From Candidatus Uhrbacteria bacterium (GTDB lineage Bacteria; Patescibacteriota; Patescibacteriia; UBA9934), in contig CALRHD010000004.1 of NCBI GenBank assembly GCA_943359325.1, positions 5,836 through 69,835 on the forward strand: DNA of 64,000 bases, in the 5' to 3' direction. Below the pieces are notes generated by a model. It made no database searches. It worked only from the letters and a program-made list of their open reading frames with translations, and was not told the DNA's origin. Below are positions 37,479-47,275 of this stretch, piece after piece (the first letter of the stretch is position 1; each line of letters starts with the position of its first letter). A program made the position numbers and the translations under genes.

Positions 37479-38633
37479 ATGCCTGCACGCCGAATATATT
37501 TGGACTATGCTGCGGCGACGCCTATGGACGCGCGGGTTTTGGCGGCGATGACACCGTTTTTTGCAGAGTTGTTTGGAAATCCGTCGTCGGTGTACGCCGA
37601 AGGTCGAGTAGCACGAAAGGCGATGAACGATGCAAGAAAAAGCGTTGCAGTGGCGCTCAATGCTCGTTCTGACGAGATTATTTTTACGAATGGCGTGACT
37701 GAGGCGATAAACATTGCGTTGCAAGGAGTTTTACGCGCCGCATCAGAGAAAAAGCATGTTGTGACGATTGCGACAGAGCATAAAGCAACCCTCAATGCAC
37801 TCGAAAGAGAGGACATTGACGTGACGTTTGTTTCGGTCGCCTCGATTGGCAGTGTTGCAGTGAACGATATCGTTGCCGCAATCCGTCCTGACACTGCGCT
37901 CGTCACCATGATGTATGCAAACAATGAGATCGGCACCATTGCGCCGATTGCAGAAATTGGAAAGGCAATTGCGAAGCATCGCCGCACCACAAAGTCGGCG
38001 TACCCACTTTTTCATATTGACGCTGCACAGGCAGGAAATTATCTCGATCTCGATGTTGAGGGTCTTCATGTTGACATGATGAGTCTTTCGGCAGGAAAAA
38101 TGGGTGGTCCAAAAGCGAGCGGTGTGCTGTATATAAAAAAAGGTACGGCAATTTCGCCAATTTTGTTTGGGGGCAATCAAGAGCACGGGTTACGTCCAGG
38201 AACAGAAAATGTTGCAGGCATTGTAGGCTTCGCGATTGCACTGACGACTGCCATTTCAGAGCGTGAAAAAAATACGGCTCATGTTGCGATATTACGCGAT
38301 GCGCTGAAAAACGGCATTCTTTCTCTTGCACCGAATGCGACCGTGAACGGTGGCATGGAAAACCGTTTACCGAATAATGTGAACATCGCATTTCATGGCG
38401 TCGACGGCGAGGCGCTTGTGATGTACCTTGATGAGCGTGGCATTGCTGCGTCGACCGCGTCGTCGTGTGCAGGAGCGCAGTCAATGAGTCATGTGCTGAT
38501 TGCGCTTGGTATGGGCATTGACGCCGTAAAAAGCAGTGTGCGTTTTACACTCGGTGCCGCGACAACACAGGCTGACGTCGACGAAACCCTTGCCGCACTT
38601 GCAGATATTTTGACTATCCTTCCCCGTATATGA
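37479..38633 (+). CDS. Cysteine desulfurase (IscS/NifS-like)
   Basis: YLDYAAATP, GNPSS, NNEIG, HIDAAQ, SAGK and RPGTEN motifs; catalytic Cys in STASSC. Confidence 0.9.
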   Translation: MPARRIYLDYAAATPMDARVLAAMTPFFAELFGNPSSVYAEGRVARKAMNDARKSVAVALNARSDEIIFTNGVTEAINIALQGVLRAASEKKHVVTIATEHKATLNALEREDIDVTFVSVASIGSVAVNDIVAAIRPDTALVTMMYANNEIGTIAPIAEIGKAIAKHRRTTKSAYPLFHIDAAQAGNYLDLDVEGLHVDMMSLSAGKMGGPKASGVLYIKKGTAISPILFGGNQEHGLRPGTENVAGIVGFAIALTTAISEREKNTAHVAILRDALKNGILSLAPNATVNGGMENRLPNNVNIAFHGVDGEALVMYLDERGIAASTASSCAGAQSMSHVLIALGMGIDAVKSSVRFTLGAATTQADVDETLAALADILTILPRI

Positions 38634-38896
38634 AACTTCGCATCGTTGTCGACCCTGACCTGTGCATTGGCGCTGCAAGCTGCGTCACTATTGCGCCCGA
38701 AACATTTCAGTTGAACGTTGAAAACAAGGCAGAAGTGCTTGACCACGGCGTACAAGAAGGTGAGCCGTCGTACGAACGGACAATCGAATGTACCGAGTCA
38801 GAAAAAGACGCCATCATCCTCGGTGCCCAGTCTTGCCCTACGCTTGCCATTACTATTTTTGATGAAGCAGGAGCACAGCTCTATCCAGAAGTTTAG
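38630..38896 (+). CDS. Ferredoxin ([3Fe-4S]-type motif)
   Basis: CIGAASC...APETF...SCP. Confidence 0.9.
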   Translation: MKLRIVVDPDLCIGAASCVTIAPETFQLNVENKAEVLDHGVQEGEPSYERTIECTESEKDAIILGAQSCPTLAITIFDEAGAQLYPEV

Positions 38897-38903
38897 TAAA
38901 GAT

Positions 38904-40082
38904 ATGCGTTATCTCATTATCGGCGGAGGTATTGCAGGAACGACCGCAGCAGAGGAGCTGCGGAAGATTGACGCTGCTGCCGAGATTACGATTATTGATC
39001 ACGAGGATAACGTCTGCTATTCGCGCGTGCTGTTGCCGCACTATGTGAAAGGCGTCGTGCCGCGCGAGAAAGTTTTTTTGCGAAAGCCTGAGTGGTATGG
39101 TGCGCAACGGATCGAGGCGTTTTTCGGCACGATCGTCATGTCGATTGATACAAAAAATAAACATGTTGTCGTCGATAGTGGGCGCGAAATTCCCTACGAC
39201 GTGTTGCTGATTACAACAGGCGGCGAAGTAAACACCGCGCCAGAAGACATGCGCGGCGTTTCATATCTGCACACACTTGGTGACGCCGACCATTTCTTGG
39301 AACTTTTGCGTGAAGTGACACAACTTCCAAAAGAGGAGCAATGCGCGACGGTATTGGGTGGGGGATTTATCGCCCTTGAGTACATCAATATTTTTTCACA
39401 CTTCGGCATTCCGACGACGGTGATAAAACGGAGCAGCGGCTTTTGGTCACGGACGCTTTCGGAACACGCGCAAGCGGTGCTGGCGAATCATGCAACATCT
39501 CATGGCGTTACTTTGCTCACGAACGAGTTGAACCCGAAACTTGAGGGTAAAAAAACGCTCGAGTCGGTTGTAACGGCGAGTGGCAAGCGCATTCCCACAC
39601 GTATTCTTGGGGTCGGCATAGGCATTCACGCCGATACCGCGCTTTTTATTGACGCAGGAATTTTTTGTGGTGAGGGTATTCTCGCGTCCTCAACGCTCGA
39701 AACCAATGTGGATGGCGTGTATACTGCAGGAGACGTTGCAGAGCCGGAACACCCGCTCTATGGCCGTCCTGTGCAGATCGGCAATTGGCAAAGCGCGCAA
39801 ATGCAGGGCAGGGCAGTGGCGAAAACAATGTCAGGGGCTTCTACGGTGTTTGAGGCGGTGACGTCGTATGCGACAAATCTGCTTGGTATGCACGTCGTGT
39901 TTGTTGGCGACACGAGTAGGGCTCATGCCGAACGTGTGGAGTCACATAAGGCAACGCCAACGTCGTCGGTCGACCTCTTTTTCCGCGACAACCGCATTGT
40001 TGGCGCAACACTCGTTGGCGATGTGAGCGACCGTGCAGCAATTACGAAGGCGATTCAAGAGAAATATGCTCGACTCGCATAA
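38904..40082 (+). CDS. FAD-dependent pyridine nucleotide oxidoreductase (ferredoxin/rubredoxin reductase-like)
   Basis: IIGGGIAG, LGGGFIALE and YTAGDVA motifs. Confidence 0.88.
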   Translation: MRYLIIGGGIAGTTAAEELRKIDAAAEITIIDHEDNVCYSRVLLPHYVKGVVPREKVFLRKPEWYGAQRIEAFFGTIVMSIDTKNKHVVVDSGREIPYDVLLITTGGEVNTAPEDMRGVSYLHTLGDADHFLELLREVTQLPKEEQCATVLGGGFIALEYINIFSHFGIPTTVIKRSSGFWSRTLSEHAQAVLANHATSHGVTLLTNELNPKLEGKKTLESVVTASGKRIPTRILGVGIGIHADTALFIDAGIFCGEGILASSTLETNVDGVYTAGDVAEPEHPLYGRPVQIGNWQSAQMQGRAVAKTMSGASTVFEAVTSYATNLLGMHVVFVGDTSRAHAERVESHKATPTSSVDLFFRDNRIVGATLVGDVSDRAAITKAIQEKYARLA

Positions 40083-41115
40083 AACCTACGCGGCCTACGA
40101 CCCCGATGGGGTTGGTTTTCAGATTGAGCATTTGGCGGAGCAAGTGCGCATGGCGTGGCGGGATAGTCGTGGTGTTGCGTTGCCAAGCCGCTACAAGAAA
40201 GTGTCGCGTGTACTTGTTGTCGCGCTCGGAAGTTCGGCATTGAGTGCGGAGTTGCTTGCGTCGGCATTTACAAAAAAACTTTCAGTTCCTGTCGACATTC
40301 TTCGCAGCTATGCACTGCCGTTGTGGGTTGGAAAGGACACACTTATCGTGCTTTTGAGCTTTTCGGGTAGCACTGAAGAAGTTTTATCTGTGGCGCACGA
40401 GGCACGGCGACGTCGGTTGACTGTTGCAGTGTGTACGACAGGTGGTGCGCTTGCGGAAATTGCTGCGGACGCAAAATGGCCGATTATCCATTTTACGTCC
40501 AATGAATTTGCAGGTGAGGCGCGATATGGACAGGGGTTTTCGTCCATGAGTGTACTCGGCATTCTTCGCGCAGCAGGGTTATGCAGTGTTCAGGATGACG
40601 ACGTACGGCGAATGCGCCAAGCAATGGGCGATGTGCTCGATACGTGTGCCGTTGACGTACCAACGAAGGATAATCCTGCGAAAACTGTCGCCGAGGCGCT
40701 CGTTGGTCGCACCGTATTTGTCGTCGGTACAGAACATCTCACTGGCAATACGCGTATTTTCCAAGATCAGATTCACACGAGCGCGAAACAGTTTGCGTTT
40801 TCGCTTCCTGAGTTAAACAACCATTTTCTTGAAGCGTTTACGTTCCCAAAGAATTTTGTGAAAAATATTACGATCGTCATGTTGCGTTCTGCGCACTATG
40901 ATGCCCGTATCCAAAAGCGTTTCGACGTTATCGCGGAAGTATTCGAGACGATGGGCATGGAAGTTGTTGACTATGTCGCAGGAGGCAAAGACGCCATTGA
41001 AGAATGTGCGGAAGTGCTTCAGTTTAGCAGTTTTGTTTCGTACTATCTCGCGATGTGTAATAAAATAAATCCTCGCAATTTGCCTGTTGTCACCGCGTTC
41101 AAAAAACGTTTATAG
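40066..41115 (+). CDS. SIS-domain bifunctional phosphoglucose/phosphomannose isomerase-like protein
   Basis: LSFSGSTEE, TTGG.L, NPAK, PELNN and SYYLA motifs; some canonical motifs are degenerate. Confidence 0.8.
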   Translation: MLDSHKTYAAYDPDGVGFQIEHLAEQVRMAWRDSRGVALPSRYKKVSRVLVVALGSSALSAELLASAFTKKLSVPVDILRSYALPLWVGKDTLIVLLSFSGSTEEVLSVAHEARRRRLTVAVCTTGGALAEIAADAKWPIIHFTSNEFAGEARYGQGFSSMSVLGILRAAGLCSVQDDDVRRMRQAMGDVLDTCAVDVPTKDNPAKTVAEALVGRTVFVVGTEHLTGNTRIFQDQIHTSAKQFAFSLPELNNHFLEAFTFPKNFVKNITIVMLRSAHYDARIQKRFDVIAEVFETMGMEVVDYVAGGKDAIEECAEVLQFSSFVSYYLAMCNKINPRNLPVVTAFKKRL

Positions 41116-41277
41116 AGCCTGTTTATTATCTTTCTTCCGACTCCCTTTGGCGCTGTTTTGGCTGCAAAATTTTCAGATCTCCTCAACGTAGCTATGGCTA
41201 TGTTTCGTCGATCTTCAAATTTTTCGCTCAAAACATCATCCAAATGTCTCTGGAAGCAAGATTATAAATAGGCTCTA
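41113..41277. mobile_element. 165-bp MITE-like element with 20-bp terminal inverted repeats
   Basis: TAGAGCCTGTTTATTATCTT ... AAGATTATAAATAGGCTCTA (18/20 match), TA at both ends, imperfect internal palindrome. Confidence 0.75.
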
Positions 41278-41326
41278 AAAGAAGAGGCGCGGCGACTGTA
41301 TTGCTACAGCCACCGCGCCACGATTG

Positions 41327-43561
41327 TCACCCCTTGAACCACCAGCCGCACTCCGCCTTTTTCGTGGCGCACTGCTTGGCGATCTCGACGAACGGGTACT
41401 TGCCATCTTCTGCTGGCATCGTGAGGAGTTCACGGTGTTGTTCAACCTCTTTGCAGAGGTCGATTACATTGCCGTCTGACCTCGGGTCGCTGTACAGGAT
41501 TGGCCCGTATAACGCCTGAGTTTCTGCGAGCTTCCGTGTTGCCACGTTGCACGCGTCGCCGACAGGTTCCTTTTTCTCCGCCAATACAGAGACCGATCGG
41601 TCGCGCAAGGCTTCCCACCGTACCGTATTGTCGACGTAAGTGGCAAAACCACCAGCGGCAACGTTACACTCTGCTGTTTCCTCGTATCCACGACACACCT
41701 TGTACCACCCGTAGCCATTGTGCGCTACAGATACCACGAGACTGGATGCGTAGATCATTATGCCGATTACTCCGATGAGTGGCGCCAGCTTCTTCAGCAT
41801 GGAGACACGTTGTCCTGCGAGGGTCTTTTTCAAGTCCCCCGGAGCATCTTCGGAATCGCCCGCAAGCATACGACTTGCGAGAATCACTGCCAGCCCGAGA
41901 GCCAGCGAAGTGAGTGCCATGGTCGTGAGTGTCCAGAACTTTGGTGCGACCATCGTCAGGATCGCGTACAGAAACGGCGTTGCAAGCACGACGATCATGA
42001 GCGTCCCCGTGATTCGGTGCACACGCGTCGGTACTCCGACCGTTGCTGCATGTCCGACTGCCGCCAGACGGTTGTTGCCCCCTGCCAGACGGAGGAATAA
42101 CCCTGCAAAGTCGTCCGCAGGCCAGAGCAGATGCCCGGCGATGACGGTGACAACCACCGTTTCGACGAGCGTCAGCCACTGAAACTGCCACGCCATTGCC
42201 ACAAGACCGAAGACGAAGATGATCACAGGCAGCACCGAGGTGCTCCATGCAATCACTGCGACTCGTTTCACAATGTCGACGAGGTAACGCCGCCGCCATG
42301 CATCAAACTCCTTGGCGTTGTCGCCCTCGTCCTTGCCACTGGGTGGGGAAGGACGACTGCGTGCCACGTAGATGGCACTCGTGAGATAGGATGCTCCCAC
42401 GAAGAACCAAAACATGATGTTCGCGCCGAGGCCGCTCCATCGCATGAAGTACTCAGCCGGCGAAAGCGCTGCTTTGGACAGCACGCTCTCCGAGGTGAGC
42501 CAGACCCATCGTACTTGCGCCACGGCCAGCACCAAGAGCACAAGGCTCATGAAGCCGACGGGCACACTGTACGTTGCACGACCAGCAGCCAAGACGCTGG
42601 GGTAGACGACGTTCTCCACGTCATCAACTATGGTTTCGATGCCTCCTGGACTGAGAACCTTCTTCAAAGGTCCACGTAGCGCTTCTGGCACGCCCGCTCC
42701 ATTGAAGAAGGCGTCGAACCGATCGACGACTGCAACAGGGATCGATGAACCGTGGCGCCCGTAGTGATCGTTGATGAGGTCGCCGATGAGCGCAACGGTC
42801 TTCGGGTCCTTGAGGAAGTCGACTGGCGTCAGGTGAACAAGATCACCGAGGCGATCGAGTTCACCATTTCCCCAGAACGAGATGAGCTCGTTCATCGATT
42901 CGGCTGCGTTGTGCTGCACGGCTTCAACAGTCGCCTTGCGCAGCTCTGCGGCGATGCCGACAATTGCATACTTGTCGACGCCCGCCCGCTGTTCTTCATC
43001 TGCAAGTTCGGCAAGCCGCTTGTAGATGCTGCGTTGCGGTTTTGCGATGAGCGTGAGCGCATCGATAAATTCCGGTAGGTTCTTCACCGGCGGGGTTGTG
43101 CCGCCTCCGGTTTGGGTTGTGGTGTCCACATTGCCTCCTGAGAGAATGGTGGTGAGTGTTTGTTGGAATGTCGGCTTCATGCCGTCCTCCAGGTTCTTCT
43201 GGTTTGTTGCCGCATTTTGCAGCATCGTGCCAATTGTGATTCTTGCGGCGGGAAACGCCACAACCGCCGTGTTGCGGAGTGCACTGCCTTCGGGCAGCCA
43301 CCGAATTATTGCATCTTCGACAGCCTCGTGAAGTATGAATCGCACCGGAAACGGAACTGCCATATAGGCAGCCGCCGCGATCGCGACCAATTCTTCTGCA
43401 CCTCGGACGAACTCAGGCTTGTAGAAACGGTTCAGTGCCGATGTTGTTGCATCTTCAACAACCTTCGCTCTATTGATCGCTCCTGCAGCGCTGAAGGCCT
43501 TTAGGCCCATGTCTACTGCAAATTTTGTCAGTCGTTCGGCCGGGGTCATTTTTCCAGCCAT
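41327..43561 (-). CDS. Large orphan multi-pass membrane protein with Cys-containing C-terminal domain
   Basis: SD AGGAG before MAGKM; helical N-terminal half, about 7-8 TM segments. Confidence 0.75.
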   Translation of the reverse strand: MAGKMTPAERLTKFAVDMGLKAFSAAGAINRAKVVEDATTSALNRFYKPEFVRGAEELVAIAAAAYMAVPFPVRFILHEAVEDAIIRWLPEGSALRNTAVVAFPAARITIGTMLQNAATNQKNLEDGMKPTFQQTLTTILSGGNVDTTTQTGGGTTPPVKNLPEFIDALTLIAKPQRSIYKRLAELADEEQRAGVDKYAIVGIAAELRKATVEAVQHNAAESMNELISFWGNGELDRLGDLVHLTPVDFLKDPKTVALIGDLINDHYGRHGSSIPVAVVDRFDAFFNGAGVPEALRGPLKKVLSPGGIETIVDDVENVVYPSVLAAGRATYSVPVGFMSLVLLVLAVAQVRWVWLTSESVLSKAALSPAEYFMRWSGLGANIMFWFFVGASYLTSAIYVARSRPSPPSGKDEGDNAKEFDAWRRRYLVDIVKRVAVIAWSTSVLPVIIFVFGLVAMAWQFQWLTLVETVVVTVIAGHLLWPADDFAGLFLRLAGGNNRLAAVGHAATVGVPTRVHRITGTLMIVVLATPFLYAILTMVAPKFWTLTTMALTSLALGLAVILASRMLAGDSEDAPGDLKKTLAGQRVSMLKKLAPLIGVIGIMIYASSLVVSVAHNGYGWYKVCRGYEETAECNVAAGGFATYVDNTVRWEALRDRSVSVLAEKKEPVGDACNVATRKLAETQALYGPILYSDPRSDGNVIDLCKEVEQHRELLTMPAEDGKYPFVEIAKQCATKKAECGWWFKG

Positions 43562-43757
43562 GTTGGCTCCTGTTGTTTGTTTCAAGGGGTGAAAACAGCA
43601 TTCAGCATCGCTGCTGGCTGTCGTTGTGAGGGAACAGAGTCGCCCATGCATTTTACACCAAAAATGGTGAAAAATGTGCATAAAGTGACTGGCAAATATA
43701 GCAAAAAAGTGGCTTTTTGTCAATGGGAATAGTGGAGAAATGGAGAAGAGGGAGAGA

Positions 43758-43786
43758 TTGACAAAACCGTCATTTTATGCTATAGT
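43758..43786 (+). promoter_or_regulatory. Consensus sigma70 promoter (TTGACA-17-TATAGT, extended -10)
   Basis: Direct sequence match upstream of the 43877 gene. Confidence 0.8.
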
Positions 43787-43876
43787 AAGACGTTGCGAAA
43801 ATGGCTGAAATAGGCCAAAATACAGGCTTTGGGGCCTGTTTCGCAATCCACCCACCCCAAGACCTTAGGAGGCAAC

Positions 43877-44509
43877 ATGTTCGCGATTCTTGTTCTCATT
43901 ACTGGCGCTTTCGCCGAAGACTACGGCACGGGCAATCTGCCGTGCGCCAATGTCGATGCGCCTGCCCCCGTGGTGCTGGTGGCAAAGACCCGCTGGCCAT
44001 TCCGCGCCATCACGGCGCAGATCAACGAGCGGCACGAAAGGCTCGCTTATCAGCACATCGAGGAATGCAGCCGCATTGCGGCGGCGAGTCTCGACAATCA
44101 GGCTGTGCACAATTCGGCCTATCGCATCGCGAATGTCGCGGTGCAGAAGGGGCAGCCTGTCGTTCTCGACGTTGAGAACGGGCGCGTGGTGACGGCCGAC
44201 GCTGCCGTCGCGCACGAATTGCCGGCCAGTGCATTCGGCGGCTACGGATATGGTGGCGGCTACTACGACTCTGAGCCGGGTAGCACGATCGGTCGAGACA
44301 TGGCGTTCATCAACAGCCAATTCGGCGTGGACGTGAGCAATGTTCGCGGCATGAGCGGCCACGGCGGAGGATCGTCCAAGGCAAAAAAGGCTGCGGACGA
44401 AAAAGCCAAGGCTGACGCTGAAGCCGCGGCTGCCAAAACGGCTGCGGACGCAAACGCGGCAAAGGTCGACGCCGCGAACAAGTCGATGGCGCCGATCGAA
44501 GGGAGCTAG
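43877..44509 (+). CDS. Orphan secreted protein with Ala/Lys-rich tail
   Basis: SD AGGAGG; short signal peptide MFAILVLITGAFA. Confidence 0.7.
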   Translation: MFAILVLITGAFAEDYGTGNLPCANVDAPAPVVLVAKTRWPFRAITAQINERHERLAYQHIEECSRIAAASLDNQAVHNSAYRIANVAVQKGQPVVLDVENGRVVTADAAVAHELPASAFGGYGYGGGYYDSEPGSTIGRDMAFINSQFGVDVSNVRGMSGHGGGSSKAKKAADEKAKADAEAAAAKTAADANAAKVDAANKSMAPIEGS

Positions 44510-44633
44510 TCACTCCCAACTCTTCCTCCTGCAGTCATCCGAAAGGGTGTACTGCAGGAGGCAGCTCACTCTGCAGAAAAATGTTCTGCATGGCGAGCTG
44601 CCAATCACGGTAGCAACATCTCACGAGGTCAAC

Positions 44634-45179
44634 ATGATTCTTTCACTCCTTTTCTCGCTCATGATACCGGTCGCACCTGCAGCCGACGAAGCGAAGCAAC
44701 CCTGCTATATGAGCGTCTCGATGCCAACGGGGTGCGAAGGCAACGGTGACTGCATGGTCATCGAAAATGCGCACAGCAGCATCGCCATCGCGCCGATCAT
44801 TGAGGGGCTGTGTCCTGTCACTGTCGTGAAAGCGAGTGCGAGCGGTCCGATTCAGGCGATCATCAGCCCGACGAGGGGGAGGAATGGTGCGACCTTCATT
44901 CCCGTCATTCCGCCCCATGGCATCGCGTACATGTTCTTCCCTGCGGGTACGACGCAGTTTCGGATTTCCGGTGTGGCGTATAGTGGCAGCTTTGGTGCTA
45001 CCATGCCCATGAATCAGGGTGGAGTGGCGATCAGCGTCTTCGACGACGACGAAGCGGTCGACATCTCTGATCATCAGCGGGTAGGCAGGTGTCTTTGGCA
45101 GACGATACAGCGTGGCACCAAGAAGGTGCAGTACGGCGCGGTGTGCTCTGGTCCCGAGCTCGAGAAGAGCAGGCGGTAG
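44634..45179 (+). CDS. Orphan secreted Cys-containing protein
   Basis: SD GAGG; signal peptide; six Cys; downstream terminator at about 45211-45268. Confidence 0.7.
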   Translation: MILSLLFSLMIPVAPAADEAKQPCYMSVSMPTGCEGNGDCMVIENAHSSIAIAPIIEGLCPVTVVKASASGPIQAIISPTRGRNGATFIPVIPPHGIAYMFFPAGTTQFRISGVAYSGSFGATMPMNQGGVAISVFDDDEAVDISDHQRVGRCLWQTIQRGTKKVQYGAVCSGPELEKSRR

Positions 45180-45270
45180 GAGCGAATCGCCATTCTCGGC
45201 GAAACAAACAAGCGGCAGTTGCGTTCTCGGGTCTCCGAGACGCACCTGCCGCTGTTTTCTTTTTTTTGGG

Positions 45271-45657
45271 TTAGCCTGTTGACGTTGCCGTACCGAGCTG
45301 GTCGATAACGAACGACGAAATGGCGTAAGCCGAGAGCAAGATGATGAGACCAATGACCGAGTTGAGCAAAATGCCGCGTGCCTTTTTGACGTTGTCTTCG
45401 TTTCCTCCCGCAGTCATCCAGAGGAGTCCTGCGTAGATGATGAGAATGAGGAAGATAACACCGAGGAAGCCGAGCAGTACGCTAATGAGCGAACCGATCG
45501 TCGTTGTGAGACTTCCTGCGTCACCACCAAGACCGGCGGAGTCGTTGACTTCATCGAGCTGGCCTGAGAGGTCAACGGCGTGTGCACTTTGCAGTGCGAT
45601 GGGTGCGAGTGGCAAGGCAGCCATTGCTGCCGCCATGAGTGCGTGTTTGAGCTTCAT
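45271..45657 (-). CDS. TrbC/VirB2-like (T4SS-type) pilin 6
   Basis: Signal peptide; two TM helices around YAGLLWMTAGGNEDNVKKA...IGL.I. Confidence 0.85.
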   Translation of the reverse strand: MKLKHALMAAAMAALPLAPIALQSAHAVDLSGQLDEVNDSAGLGGDAGSLTTTIGSLISVLLGFLGVIFLILIIYAGLLWMTAGGNEDNVKKARGILLNSVIGLIILLSAYAISSFVIDQLGTATSTG

Positions 45658-45666
45658 AGCAAAAAA

Positions 45667-46041
45667 TTAATATGTGTTAGTACCTACATAGCGTATCACG
45701 GTTGCCGAAATCGCATAAGAGGATAACACGATTACGAGTCCAATAACCGCGTTGAGCAAAATGCCGCGTGCCTTTTTTACTTGATCGGCGTTCCCTGCAG
45801 CCGTCATCCACAAGAGTCCTGCGTAAATCGTAAGAAAGAGAAAAATAACACCAAGAAATCCGAGCAGTACGCTAATGAGTGTACCGATCATTGGCAGCAA
45901 TCCTTCAGACGAAAATGCGGCGTCTTGCGTTGCACCCGCAGCAACTGTTGCACTGTCGTAACTTATTGCATGCACCAAAAGAGGAGTTGCTGCAACGAAC
46001 AGACAGGCATATAACGTTGCGGTGAGAAGGGGGCGACGCAT
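45667..46041 (-). CDS. TrbC/VirB2-like pilin 5
   Basis: YAGLLWMTAAGNADQVKKA...VIGLVI. Confidence 0.85.
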   Translation of the reverse strand: MRRPLLTATLYACLFVAATPLLVHAISYDSATVAAGATQDAAFSSEGLLPMIGTLISVLLGFLGVIFLFLTIYAGLLWMTAAGNADQVKKARGILLNAVIGLVIVLSSYAISATVIRYVGTNTY

Positions 46042-46042
46042 A

Positions 46043-46435
46043 TTACGGTGATCCGTTAATATCTCCAACGGTGAGCGCATTGAAAATCGCCGCAGTGAGC
46101 GCGTACGCTGCAGTAACGATCACAAGACCAATTACAGAATTGACCATTATTTCTCGAGCTTTTTTGACCTGGTCGCTGTTACCTGCCGCAGTCATCCACA
46201 AGAGTCCGGCGTAGAGCATGAGGAGAAGGAATATGACGCCGATCAGCGCAAGAATGGGGGCAATGATGTATGTGCCGATAAAGACGGTAATGCCACCCGT
46301 CGCATTGTTTGTGTCGTAGTTTGCAACCTCTCCAGTGCTAATGAGCCCCGTGTCGCTGAGTGCGATTCTCGCTGAAGCAAGCGCCGGCAGAGAAAGCGTG
46401 AACACGAACAGAAGGGTGACGAGGAGTTTTCGCAT
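46043..46435 (-). CDS. TrbC/VirB2-like pilin 4
   Basis: YAGLLWMTAAGNSDQVKKA...VIGLVI. Confidence 0.85.
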   Translation of the reverse strand: MRKLLVTLLFVFTLSLPALASARIALSDTGLISTGEVANYDTNNATGGITVFIGTYIIAPILALIGVIFLLLMLYAGLLWMTAAGNSDQVKKAREIMVNSVIGLVIVTAAYALTAAIFNALTVGDINGSP

Positions 46436-46436
46436 A

Positions 46437-46847
46437 CTAGCTTTGTGTCGACGTGATAATGGAGCTAATAACGAAGCTCGCGATGGCGTACGCCGAGAGA
46501 ATAATCGCCAAACCGATGATACCTGCGATAATGAGGTTCTTTGCTTCGGTGACTTTTTCGTCGTTGCCTCCTGCAGTCATCCATTTAAAACCGCCGAGAA
46601 GAATAATGACGACCGCAATAACGCCGAGGAATCCGAGGAGTACACGAATAAGTTGGCCGATGGTCGTTTTGATGTCTGCTTGGCCGAGGCCTGCAGTGTC
46701 GCCGAAGTCGGACGGCAAAATGTCTTCTGCTTCAAGCTGTTGTGCATGTGCAGGAACTGCCTGCATGAGCATTGCACCGCCAAACGGCAGGGCAAGGAGT
46801 GCCGCAACGCTTGCGCCGACCAAGAACCGTGTAAAGGTTTGTGTCAT
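46437..46847 (-). CDS. TrbC/VirB2-like pilin 3
   Basis: GGFKWMTAGGNDEKVTEAK...IIGLAIILSAY. Confidence 0.85.
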   Translation of the reverse strand: MTQTFTRFLVGASVAALLALPFGGAMLMQAVPAHAQQLEAEDILPSDFGDTAGLGQADIKTTIGQLIRVLLGFLGVIAVVIILLGGFKWMTAGGNDEKVTEAKNLIIAGIIGLAIILSAYAIASFVISSIITSTQS

Positions 46848-46890
46848 ACGAAAAAAATAATGAATGGATGTATAAAGTATAGCACATTAA

Positions 46891-47268
46891 CTATAGAGCA
46901 GTCGCACTGCCTGTTGTAAGCGCGTTTATGAGTGCGCTGACAATTGCGTATGCAGCAAACACAACGACAAGTCCGAGTGTTGCCCACACAATAATTTCAC
47001 GACCTTTTTTAATGCGGTCGGGATTTCCGGCACTCGTGAGCCAAAACATGCCACCATAAATAAACATGACAAGTGCGAGCGAACCGATAATAGACAAAAA
47101 GCCTTTGATAACCGTACCGAGAATAATACGCACATCGGTTTCGCCGAGCGGATTGTAGAGTGTGACGTCGGCGGCGTGGACAGGGGAGGCGAAAAGAGAT
47201 CCTGCAAGGCCGGAAACGAGAAAAGAGAAAAGGAGAACGAGGAGTGATGCGGAGAGAAACTTTTTCAT
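46891..47268 (-). CDS. TrbC/VirB2-like pilin 2
   Basis: NPL motif; YGGMFWLTSAGNPDRIKKG...LGL. Confidence 0.85.
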   Translation of the reverse strand: MKKFLSASLLVLLFSFLVSGLAGSLFASPVHAADVTLYNPLGETDVRIILGTVIKGFLSIIGSLALVMFIYGGMFWLTSAGNPDRIKKGREIIVWATLGLVVVFAAYAIVSALINALTTGSATAL

Positions 47269-47275
47269 ATCAAAA

